Position numbers and translations under genes: made by a program. A model generated the notes under the pieces. The model was given only the letters and a program-made list of their open reading frames with translations, had not been told where the DNA came from and did no database searches. Positions 1 to 13,000 of a stretch of 64,000 bases of DNA are shown piece by piece; positions within the stretch are counted from its first letter, which is position 1, and every line of letters starts with the position of its first letter. The DNA is from Phoronis australis (lineage: Eukaryota; Animalia; Phoronida), in NCBI GenBank assembly GCA_002633005.1, contig NMRA01000024.1, positions 1,553,855 through 1,617,854 on the forward strand, given 5' to 3'.

Positions 1-859
1 TGTTTTCTCACAAAATGTCACCATGTCATAAGGTTTCCATTGCGTGGGGGTAATGAACTTAACTTTTTGTTCTAGACTGATGCATTATGGGACATTATGG
101 TGTCTGATGAGACGATTTTAATTTCACTGAATATGAAAGACATTACGTTTTATAAATTAAACAAAAATAGCTTATTTTTTTAACTCGTATACCAGCCTTG
201 TACATTCTATTATGCTAATGCGAGATCATTTAAAAGCATTTTAAGGTTGTGATTTCTAAAACTCTGAGTAGACCAATTTGCGATGATGGGAACCAGGACG
301 TCATAAATCAACACTGCTTCCTGACACTGCACCACTGGCTATTAAAAAGTCAGTGTTTTGGTATAACCAAACGCAACAGGCTATATACGGTCACAACAAT
401 CAAACGGTACATAGCAACGTCAAGAAATGGTGTGCACAATGTAAACAATTAGAATATGTGAAATCGGAGAGTTGCACGCAACTGCCAGATATCAAACACT
501 CTGAGTTTATATATCCACAGGGCCTAATGTCTTAACTGCTCACTCGCAGAGATTAGACTCTGACTTGAAACATTAACAATCACGTCTCATTATCCGTGTG
601 CAAATTTGTCAGTTTACTCGAAACGTGCGATGCAATTGTCAGCGAGTCGAATTTTGAAACCCCACGCCCAGAAGGGAAGTTTTGCAAATTTCAAATATGC
701 AAATTCGATTTAGTGTTGCCATTACCCTTAGACTGACCTAATATTTAACGACCAACCGTGAATATAACTGGAAATTAACTCTAGGGATAGAACGTCATAT
801 TCTGCGGTTGGTCAATGATGTTGCACAAAACCGCACGTGATTGTATCAGATGATCGTAC

Positions 860-1042
860 CTGCAGTGCCTGCTGAACAGCGAATGCCTGGCCAGGGTCCT
901 GGTAGAGGCCTGTGGCTGGAAGCAGTGGAGGAGTGTACATTGGAACAGTTGGTGCGAGGCTGGGCAGCTGAAGAGATGCATTGGCACCATACGACAGGCC
1001 AGCGTTGTTCTGAGGCAGTCCCAGATTTATGCTCTGCCCAGG
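860..1042 (-). CDS. MYO15A: Exon 27 ([11 protein letters not shown]...AFAVQQALQ), Pro/Gln-rich
   Basis: TTCCAG acceptor, CAG|GTACGA donor; 61 codons, phase 0-0. Confidence 0.8.
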
Positions 1043-4000
1043 CTGGAAGACAATTGGGTAAAGAACTTAATGTTAGCCTTGACATTAAATATGATATGAC
1101 TAAATTAAACGGCTACATATAAAACCGCCTTCTCATATGAAATTGGTCCCAAATTAAACATTACGGAGAATTGTCATGAGGACTTGACAGGGACCTCAGG
1201 GGTCTCACACTTCACTGATTTATCCACATTATTTTGAAAACGCTTTAACTGGTCACGCATTGTGTGTCATAAAAGAGATAAGCATACCTGCAGCTGACGC
1301 AGCAATTAGAACTGCTCTCGTTTATCACATTGGTGTAGACTCACAGTTGAACTGTGGTTTTCTGTTGACCCCAGACCGTCTGGAGTTGCACCATGTACCA
1401 ACTCCGGACGGTCTCTCATGACGATTTATCGTTGTGCCTTTGTCAAAATGAATGTGATTTGCGGTCATAACATTGACAATTTGTAACTGCTTCAGACCTG
1501 GCTATATAAGCTGGCATGTCACAGTGTCATTTTGTGCACCAAGCATGGTTGCAAGGAATAACCAACTTAACAACTAAAAGTTAATTGCTCAATTCCACTG
1601 GTGTGCAGGTGCTGTGAAACAATGCTCATGTAGGGTATTGTATTGGACCTGTTAACATTGATATGGAACAACAAAATCTTAACAGCTCCAACTCACCATG
1701 CCAGGTAAACCCTTGCCACCTCCTTTGACTTTCTCCGCCATCAGGCGGCCATCAGACAAATGCCCGTCACCACCACCTGTTTGCTCCAGGAGACCATCCA
1801 ACCATTTGTCCAAGTCGCCTGCATTCTTCTCACCTTGCGTTCCTGACTTCCCCCCTCCTCTTATATTATTTTCCAGTGTCCTGGCATCAGACAGTCCATC
1901 CACGTCGTTGCCCAAGACCGGATTGAACAGGTTCTCCAACCAGTCATCCATGTTTGTCGCACTCGAAAGGCCACCCTCCGAATGCACGGATCGGGGTCGT
2001 TGACTGATTTCGCTGCGAGACAGCTGCCTCTTGCGCAGCTGGTTGACGTTGCTAAGATTGTTAGCATTCACGTTGTCGTTGTTTGATTTGTATCTCCTGT
2101 TAAGTCTAGAATTGGACAATTCGCCATTCGTAGGTACGCCATTGGACAAATAGCCATTAGGTGTACCATTTGGCAGATGACCATTGGGAACATGGCCATT
2201 GGGAACATGGCCATTGGGAACGTGGCCGTTGGAAACATTGCCCACCTGCACTCGGTTGATGTAGCGACTATTCAGCTTCGATCCAGACAATGGATTGCTG
2301 ACATTGCCGTTCGTTATGACTGGTTCTTCCGTAACTGGGGAAGGTGGCCGTTGGGCTTGAGGAGCCCTTCGTTTGGTATACCTCTGGTTCATCTTGCTGT
2401 CTCTGGACAGGCCTGGTGTGGTGACAACTCCTGGCCGCTGATTTAGCTTGGAGCTCTGCGACAGCAAGGAAGTCACAACTTCCTTTGTACCAGTAGTAGT
2501 GGTCACCTCAACTGGCCGGGACACGGGTACTGAAGGTGGTGGTGTACGCCGGATTGGGGGTGGTGTTTGGACTTCCTGAACATCAATGTCGAGCATATTG
2601 AAAGATTCAGGGTTGTGAGGTCTACAATAAGAATGAATCATAATGACAGTGAAAACATCACAGGCACCACACTCATACCAATTTTTCAGTCATTTGTAAT
2701 GTCATGGGTTCGACTAACAAGTTTTATACAAGTCAGCAATCAAAAGTACCTAGTAATTGTTTAGTTTGTCATATCGTGACTGTGTGCTTAGACTTTCTAG
2801 AAAATGTATACGAGTGCGTTTGAAAGAGAGTTCCTGACAATGTATGTCTAGCCATCAATTCCCGATGATGCCTTTTGGTATATGTATTATGCATGCATTT
2901 GAGAACGATTGAACAGAGGACCTCCAAAGAAAAAGTCGCATTAAATTTGTAATCAGGCAAAACAAATAGAATAACTCCCAAAAAGATGACCAAATATTAT
3001 CCACGGTTATTAAGCTCATACACGACTTGTGAACTTACAATTCATCTGAAGAACTACGCCTGGCCTCGGTAACTCTACGCCTGTCCACAGACACCAGAAA
3101 ATAAGAATTTTGTACGGGGAACTTTGGCGGAACTTCAATTTCACTTAGTAAATCCATGACATAGTCATAGCCAGCGAGTTCGTATGATGCATAGTCATCC
3201 CGAAGTTCAATTGTCCAGCCAAAGTTGTTCTCAACAATCGTGCGAAGCTGGAGTAGGTCATGGGCGAACTCTTCACCCGTTGACCATGAAGTCACATGAC
3301 CCAGCATTTCCTGACCTAGAAAAGAATACCGATAATATGATACGGCGATCTCTCACCAGAGGAAACAGGTGTATGTACCTTCTGAGGGGAGGGAAAGTCT
3401 TTGGTTGCGGGGTATGTAATTATGGTCACCTCTGGATGCCACCCATTGTCAGCAAGACAGTAAGGAGCTAAAATTAACGTTAATATTATCAAGTCATTCC
3501 AACTTTGAAGTGAAATTTTCAATCATTGGAGGGAGGATTTTGAGCATGAGAAAGGAATTCCAAGTGATGCTTTAACATCTTTCATAAGAGATGTGGTCAA
3601 AGTTTGGCTCAAAAATCAAGCCATCAATGTCCCTGATGACCTACAAATGGTCACTGATGTCATGAAGTGCCATGTTGGTTACCTAATTCCAAATAAATGT
3701 TTTTAAAGCTTAGAATTTCCTGCAATAAAATGAATAAATTACAAATATTGCAGTCTGTCACTGTGTGATTAAAAAACGCAACATAAAGGGACAGCCATTC
3801 GTTCAGACATACAAAGTGAACAGTATCTGAGGGAGAATTTCGATGGATTGAATAAAAACCAGAAAAATGCTATTGTCCCATGGAAAGAGACACAACACTT
3901 CAGGGTTAAATGACGAGTTCAATGAGCGATTAATATCCTAAACGTGATCTCCTTTGCAAGCTCACTTACTTTGCCAACATTTACAAAGACCAGGGCTTGG

Positions 4001-7000
4001 GGTCTAACCTTTATACAGTCATGAAATCGAGCTCAAAAATTGTTTTTAGCATTTTCTATTCTACATTTATATAAGCTCACGATAACTGTTGATTTTTCTA
4101 TGCTCGAGTACATAAAAAATGTCCAATCCTTATGCAAATGAAGACCCCAATATTAAAGCTAAAATTAAAATTTCGAATTTGAACAAGGTTGCAGCTCAAA
4201 CTTAAGGGCCATAAAGAGTGAACTTGGACATAGAAGCTGATATGCATAAACCACTATGAACTTGAGCACGAAAAAAACGTACATTGAGTTTGCGCAAAAG
4301 TATTGTATAAAATTCCCACAATAATTTCGAGTTTGATTTCAATTCCTAACATTAAACCCCGAGCCCTGAACACAGGAAATTACCATCAATAGACTGGATT
4401 TTAATGTAAATTAAACTTAGCACTCAAATAAAAAGTCTTGCGCTACAGCAAGACAGTTAAAGGCTGCCATTTCACCATTTCACCACCGGGACATGCAGTC
4501 AGTCTATTCCTATTCATCAGCTGGCAGCCAAAATATTTTCAGTAAGTAATGCGACACCAAACAAATTCCACCGGATCTGGTTCAGACTTCAGAGACAACA
4601 ACTACAGTGAAACCTCATCAAGATGGCGCACAAGTGATTTTTATCCTCTCATCATTTGTCAAAGTTATGTTGCAGCAAATTACTGCAGTTTTGGCTTGAG
4701 TTATGCGCCATATAATTGTGGGCAGTCACAACAGAAATGAATGAAAGGGGTTATTTCTGCAATTTATTTTGCCCAAACTTTGAAAAATTTCATTATTAAG
4801 TGTTTTGGAAATTGGTTTTGAAAATGGCAACATGGTATTGGCTACGGGTTCAAATGTCAACCATTTCTGTGAATTAGTTATTTTTTTAAAAAAAAATTTG
4901 ACTTACCATCTGGGAACGTCATGGGAAGAGCCATATTCATGCGTTTCTTGGACGCCATCCACTCCAGCAAGGTAGGTGGGTAGGTGCGTGCCAGAGGGCG
5001 CTCTACCTCTGAACACTGCAGCAGTTTGTACTGACAGTAAGGTTTGTATCCATTATAACCATGGTCGGACACGTATCTGAAATCACAGTATAAGAGCTTT
5101 TAGATTGACATAATCAATACTGGGTCAGATTAATTGGTGTTTGATAGTATTTCACCAATGAATTGCAATAAGAAAGGAAATCGATACACAAATCAATTGA
5201 CCTATTGCAAGCACCACCCCCCTTGCGAAATGTCGGCAAACAAACAATAGGTTTTTCCCAGCAATATGTTGTTTATCGGGCAAAATGACACCTTAGAAAC
5301 GAAGGTGTGTCAAGAATGTGGCGTTCTGATTGGTCAGTTAAACAGTCACTCACTCGTGGCGATAGGTCAATAGAAACTACTAAACTAATAACAGCATATG
5401 ACAACTTAATGATTATGATCAATTTTTAAGGTTAATATGTTGAAAAAACTTTGGTACATCATATCTCAGAAACGGCTTTCAGATTCATATGAAACTTACA
5501 AACACCACGCTTAATACGTTACTCTGGCGACGAAATCAGCTTCCGCTCAGCTATCACGATGAAGAATTCTGAGTCATTTTGTTTGAATACCTTTGGCGTG
5601 TACTGTATTTGACATTATTCGCATAGTGTGTCACTTACTTCAACAAATAGTTGTGGAGCGTGGGGCTGGGTGCAAAACAGCTGAGACAGCTGGCTATCAG
5701 TAGCCAGCCTCTCTCACAGTTGGTGGGGTTGGGATTCTTCCACGTCTGCGTACACAGTTGGCAGTAGATCTCGTCACGCAGCGATGGGTTCTTCAGTCCC
5801 TGAAGGAGAGAAAAGGTGTGACTGTATATAGCAGTTGTTTGAGACAAGGCGCAATATATGACCTCAACAGGAGCTTTTGGCTAATACAAGGTTCATGCAG
5901 GCAAAAGGCAAATGGTACATGTAGCTGACTAAATATCAATATTTACTAGGGTTGGAAAAGAAAAGAAGACCCATTCGTTACATATTTGATTACATGTTTG
6001 AATGACTGTGTGAATCATTCTGTATTAGCACCTTACAGATTGGAAATATTTTAAAAAGTAGGAGCTGTGCGAACCCTGCTAATATGAAACTAGAACAAAA
6101 AATTGACTACTGAATATAAGAGAGGGGTGCCCTTCAATCTTGAACTACAAAAAGTCCAGCTGGCAGAGCTGATTGAGGCGTAATTCAAAGTATAATACCA
6201 TGCAGATGCGGATCCAAGAGGGTTCCTAGGGGTCCATACTCCCAGCTCTGCCACTAAAACAATGCTGTGATTGATGCACCTCAAATACCCCTATTAGTTC
6301 TTTGTTTGAATCCTTGGACAAAACCCTGGATCTGCTTTTGACATGGCAGCACAAGGTGAAATAATTATAAACATGGCGTTTCTGTTGCAACAAGAATGGA
6401 AACGCCAGATTCATTATATTCGAAAATAGCACTTTAACAACTGTTACAAAAGATGAACGAAGTGAATAATTCACTGAATGAAACACAGGCATCTAGTCAT
6501 ATTCATATTCTAAGAAAGAAAAACATCAATTTCCTTTCCATAATAAAATGGTTGTGATACAACAACACCTGGTCCAACAACTGTTTTAGTTTGATGCTGG
6601 ACAACTATACGTTACATCCCCTATGTTTATCATTACGTATGCAGTAGCATGCTTAAGTACTTCACACAACCTAGACCTATATGTGGGCTTTGCACAGCTA
6701 ATACATTATGCATGTAAATACAAAACATAGAATTGTATTCAGACATCTCACTAAGGGATCAATTATTAGTAAATGTTGGACGTAAACAGAAGTTCGTCAG
6801 ATGATGAGTCATCATATCACACAACACACGCCTACACGCATGCACACACACATACACAAACACACAAACACATTAACATTGGCAATCTTTCACACATACC
6901 AGCATATTTCATGATTCATACTCGACATAACATTCAAAGACATTGACAGGGAAGCCAACTGTGAAACTTTCATCAAACGAATGTCATGCACGTGACAGGC

Positions 7001-10000
7001 GTTAATGTACCGTTTTGTCACTAGGTGGAATTGTTGCACTGCTGGGTGCTGATTGAAATGTATCGCTTTATAACATCTAAGACATGAGATTTAAAAGTAT
7101 TACAAAAGCATTTTTAAATCATGCATTGACATAGGCCTGTGCACAGCAATGCAAGTATTGCAGTAAAGTTTCCAGTCATTCATCCATTTCTTTGTTTCAC
7201 AGAGAAAACAATAGTTACTCTAATTTATTTCTTCTGTTCACACAACTAACCAAAGACACAAAATTAATGACGAGATAATCGTGATATTGCAATTCATGTG
7301 CTAAGCAGCTTTTACAGAAGCAGCTCGTCAAAATAACCGAATCTCAAAATCATTTGCTCATTTTACGGACATATCCGAAAGCAATTAATGAGAGTCTGAC
7401 AGGTGTTTCAAAAACCCAACCTTTGATTCTGTTTTGTAACACTCACCTGCTGAACAATGTAGTTTCCCACGACTATTTCTTTCTTGCCAATCAGGTGAGC
7501 ATCGTTCATGAACCTCATTACCTGAAACAAGGTGTTCGACAGCGGTCACTTTAGGAAGTGAGAGACATTTTACGTGCAATGGATTGTGGAAATCTATACA
7601 CTTCACAGCAGGCAAAACGTGAATATTTCTCGTCACCAGCTGGCGAGAAGAAGTTCCATAAAGCTCTATTCTGGGAGAATGAACAACAGTTTTGGTCTAA
7701 TAGTAAATTTTCAAAATCAAAACCAGAAAAAAATTACAAAATTAAAGCCCCTATCGATGACATCCACCCAATTCATGGACATTCACACAAAGCATAGAGC
7801 AGTGTTCTCAACTGTTACTTCCATCAACCTATCATTGATGACATGGCAAAAAACGGAGTTTCCTGACATGTAACCATAGTTAACTAAGCCGAATGAAATA
7901 GTACATCATCGGTAAGAACCTGTGAAGGAAACGTTTATTACTTTAAATCATATCATCACCAGGTCACATTTACCGAGCTATGTACAGGTACTTGTTGTAA
8001 AAGGAACCATTTGAAACTGCAAAAAATTGCCAAAACTGTCCTCTTTGTTCTTCAAGAACTTCTAACAATGCTGTGAATTCCCAATTTTTTCAAAATGTTT
8101 TCTGATGGTAGCTATGACACAGAATCTGAACATGGTAAAGAATTATTTTGGGAATAACGAAAAAACGAAACAAAAATTCACTTGTCCACCGCATGTCCTA
8201 AATAGGTGAGATTTTAATGCATGTTTTATTCTGAGCATCACGCGACAATAGTCAATAAACACCAGTTTAGGTAAACATTATTTTTAAACATATTCAGAAC
8301 TGAAGTTCATGCTTGATATTTAGCATTCTACTTCCATTTGATTAGTCGCATTTAAAAGTCTTGCAAACTTAAGACAGGCAACTTTGTCCCAAGCTAGAGG
8401 TGAGTAACACACAGCTTTTCCATATCATCTAACTCCAAGCACACCGCCAGAAATGCACCAAAGTAATTGATACCTTCATATCATCATAATCCTACAAAAC
8501 TAAACTAAGCAGGTGTTTTTTCAGACCAATTATAACTGCGAGCTATGAACAAGGGCATTGTAAAACTGCTAGCTTTAGACAACAAGATTTTCATGTAATA
8601 AACCATTTTTATACATTACAAAACAGACATACGTTGATTTCCAATTTTCAAAAAAATACCTCATTTTAGAAATTGAAAAAAAATCTAAAACTTGGGCACT
8701 GGATCCATGAGTTAAAAACACCACATTACCAGGTCATAACAAAAAATGATGTACAAAATGGAAATTCTATAACAAACTAGTTAAATAGTGAATATTTCCG
8801 ACCGAGGATAAACTTTCCTCTGCCATATCATGTTTCTTGTTATCAACTGCAATTGAACACAGGCAATAGCTTACTTTATTTATCTTCTGGAAACCTGGAA
8901 ATGTTAATTGCATATTCCAGGCCAAAGTAATTAATCACATTTTCGGAATTCAAATCTCATGCGTGACAGATGCAATTTTATTGTGATGGATGTATGATTC
9001 ACAGAACTTGCACAAGCCATATCTCTCTTCCCTAGATCCCACTTTGTCGTGTTTTGCTGATATTGGCTCCTCCATTTGAAGGTTGCAGTTTCCAATCCTG
9101 AGGGCATGTTATTTTTTAACTAAATTCGAACACACTGCATTCTAAATGGTAGACTGTCCTTGGACATCGTTTATATTTACAACAAAATTCTTGGTCGTTC
9201 TCTCGCATCTATCCACCATTGTAAGGACACTATGAAATCATGGTATATAGCCTGTCAGAATTTAAATCGAGACCACGCGTAGTTTTGGTCGATCATCATT
9301 TTCCCTTTTAAAAGATTTTCATATAAATGTACATCAGCCATTTCTATGAATTCATAAGAATGGTATGGTATCATATACATGACTGACAAGGATTCATAGT
9401 AAAGGTTGATAAAATTTTTAATTCAAGGCGATAAAATTATTTCATTTTTTATCACTAATCAACGATAAAAGATCAGAACAGAATGACGCTACGAAAGATG
9501 ATCACACTGATATCCGACGGTCATTCATCATCAACCTGATAAAAAATCATATCAACCAAAATAGGGGCGACTCCCAAATGGCATTCGGAGTTCAAAACAA
9601 GACCTCGTCTCCAGAGTAGCCATGAAAGACCTTGCTCTATAAAGGTATTCTGTATCTAAAAACAGAGTTTTCAAAACATAAAAGCGTGATGTAGCCAAAA
9701 GGTGGCATGCGGGCCAGATTTAACATATTTGCGATCCCTGAAAATGAGGCACACTTGAAAAAACAGTAATTTCACATCCAACTTAAACGAGTTATACTCA
9801 CAAGCTGGAAGATCGCAATGGAGAGTTTTGCCTCTGGCTTTGTCTGCTTCTGTAGAAACGGACTTTTCACTGGCATCTTCTTCATCTCCCATACGTGTTT
9901 CTGAAATTCAGTTTCGTCAATTTTTGTACAGTATTTCTTTAACAGCGTTTCTGTAGCCAGCCCCAAAGGATTGCTTTATTTTTCAAGTCACAATTCATAT

Positions 10001-13000
10001 TCTTATCAAAATTCATCAACAATTAAACCAACTGAAAACATTGGACAACACAAGGGCCATGCATTGACCAACAAGTGTGGAACTGGAAAAACAAAATTTA
10101 TAATTATTTCTAACATTATTTCGCTTTATTTCTTTTATTTTTTATTTCATGTGCTAAAAAGATTGCAGCAGAGTTGAAATAACAACATACAACATTTCAT
10201 ATACATTTTCTCAAAAAAACCAAATAGCTTACTATAAAAGGCATCAACAAATCATGTGTTGAGGAAAAATGGTAACGAAATACATTTCGCGCAACAGATT
10301 AACATCGAACTGAAGGAGGAAGATTGCTGCAAAATTTAAACATTTACTGTAACAATTAATCGTTCACTGAGTATTCAAGATAACAAAAAAAGAAGAAAAA
10401 GAACGCCATGTTGGATTACCTGATCAAAAGCAAACAAATGCGCCAATACAATATTGATTACCGCATGCTCTCAAGATGGAGACGAAATTAAAACAACCAC
10501 TCAGTTGAAATAAAAACAACTTATACCATTCAAGACAAGGGGTCACCTAGAGAGAGTGAGAGCAGGTGTTTTGACAAGTTAATTTTAAAAATGATAACAC
10601 AGCTATGACAGGTAGCTTAACATACAGCCACCCCAAACTGTTACATCAATCTGTTTAACAGCCTACAATGGCTGACCTTCTAAGCAAACAGCAGCTAACC
10701 ACCATTATGTAATATGTACACTTAAACACTAAATGATGTTTGTTGATTATACATGACCTGAGTGAGCACACTGGCTACCCGTTTTTAGTAATTAAGGATG
10801 ACATCTAGGAGTGCAAAATAAGAGAATCTAAAAGCGCCACCGCTTTTGCCTTAATGGTATCATGTCTAGATACCGCAGTCTTATTAGTGGCCCTCAAACT
10901 ACCACACAGCTTTAATCTCTGACTATGATCATAAAGCAACTGGGGCGACCTCTCGTGGACAATGTTCGAAGTCTTGAGTGAAGAGAAGTATTGTGCTGTT
11001 TGTTGTTTTCAACGTCTAAACTTGACGTTTTTCTATTTCCATGACTTCTGACTTGATGAATCAGAAAGAACTTATACACACGAGTAAGACTAGCGACCAA
11101 TTTACATATGAAGACATATTCACTAGGAGACCATCGCATACGTACACCTAACAGTGAATGCCAAAAGCAAACTGCGAAAAAATTTTCCCCTCAGTCATTA
11201 CAACTAATCCAATAACAGCAAAAATGATGGGTAATAACTCCTTATTCAGACCAAATGCTAACAAGCGTATAACTTTTCCAGTAATTTCCCGTTACTCTAA
11301 GTCCTGCTAGCTCTCAACTTCCATGGCAAGGAATTCTGGGTCATTTATGGTGTGTGCTATTGCCTCAGGGAGATTGACAAATCCAGACCTGTTCAAATAA
11401 CGAAGGCGCATCCAGCTCTTTACAAAAGGGGATGTCCATGAAAAACAATATTAGGTTTCTTAAGAGAATTCTACATCGCAAGCTATGAGTAGAAAACAGA
11501 CAATGAAATGTAGCGTCGTGATCTACAATTTGGCTCAAAACGGGTCTAAACAAAATCCCCGCCCCGCCCCAACCTCTCCTCTTGACCCACCTACAGCCTG
11601 CACGGCAAAAAATGCTGTGTGAATAATGATAAAATTACAAACCATCGATAGAAAAACAACAAGGCTCACCTTAAAGTAGACATTTGTATACTTTGTGAAC
11701 GCATATGAGTTCAAGCCTGTGGGCAAATGGTAGCTGGCTTCTCGAACTGAAACATTCTGCGTCTGTATGATGTGTCGGTCGTCATGAACAAGTGACCAAT
11801 CTGCAAAAAACAGACATGTCCCTTCACTGCTACGATATCTAGCATCAAAACAAAGCCATCCAAAACANATACATGCCAATTTTCACAATCATCCTTTGAG
11901 CGGTTTGGTTGATAGAGGGGTGGACGCACAAAAACAGACTCGAAAACACTAAAAATGGCCACTAGGTGGCGCAAACTATGTCGAATCCATCTGAAAACGG
12001 GAGGATAGCGTCATCTCACTAATAGGTGCCTACATACCAAATTTCATGAAAATCCAATAAGGACTTGTGAAGATACAAAGGTAAGCGTAAAAAAATTAAA
12101 ATTGCCACTAGGGGGCACACCGGTAGTCGGATCCGTCCAAAAGTTCGCACATGCCGTCCCATTCATGAATGGAACATATGTGCCAAATTTCATGAACGTA
12201 TGTCAAAGGGTTTTGGAGATAGAGCAGCGGACGCCGGACGCCGGACGGACGCCGCCCGGACGGACGGACGGACGGACGGACGGACAGAGATGACGGCATA
12301 ATGCGTCCACATATAAATATGTGGGCACATAAAAATGCTTCAGAAAATCACAGATGGTCTAGCTCAACCCTTCCAAACATTGTCCGATCCAATTCTGACA
12401 GAGGTCAACTCTCAATTCCAAGTCAGTGTTTTGACTGGAGCTATCACTGCAAGGAAATTGTTCAGTCACGATTTTGATGGACTTAATTAGCATATTTCTT
12501 GATTTTATGTTTTAAACTTTAACATCATAGCGTTAGAATTTAAAAGTGTTGCCACAAACATGTGTGACTGTAATAGCAGGATGAACAAACAGCTGCGGCA
12601 TATATTAATGCAATTGACTCGTGAATTAAACAATTAATCACTATATAGGTTGTAAATTCATCAATATTGCAATCAGATAATATTATAAATTAAATTGCAT
12701 GTTCCGTGATACAAGAACAGTGCCACTGACCTACATACCAATTACCATGTATACCACACAGCCATTGTAGTAATTTCAATGGTAAATCAATAGCAACAAT
12801 AATAAAAACAGCTGTCAAAAAGTCATCAAGCAGGCCTACTCACTGTCAATATGGCTGAAGATGAAAGCCAACTCCGGTGGGATTTCTAGCCTGGAGACAT
12901 TGGCGACTTCCCTGGCTTTGCGTTCCTGAAATTGTGGGATCAAAAAGTTAAAATGGAACACATTATATAACATGCAGTAATGTCGTTTCATGGATTGCAA

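Noticed and set aside
841-2446. Plus-strand ORFs at 841-1122, 1698-2003 and 2177-2446
   Set aside because: Antisense shadows of myosin exons 26-27.
9901-9966. In-frame upstream extension of exon 21 ([13 protein letters not shown]...)
   Set aside because: No good upstream acceptor, and homology resumes directly at KHVW after TTTCAG.
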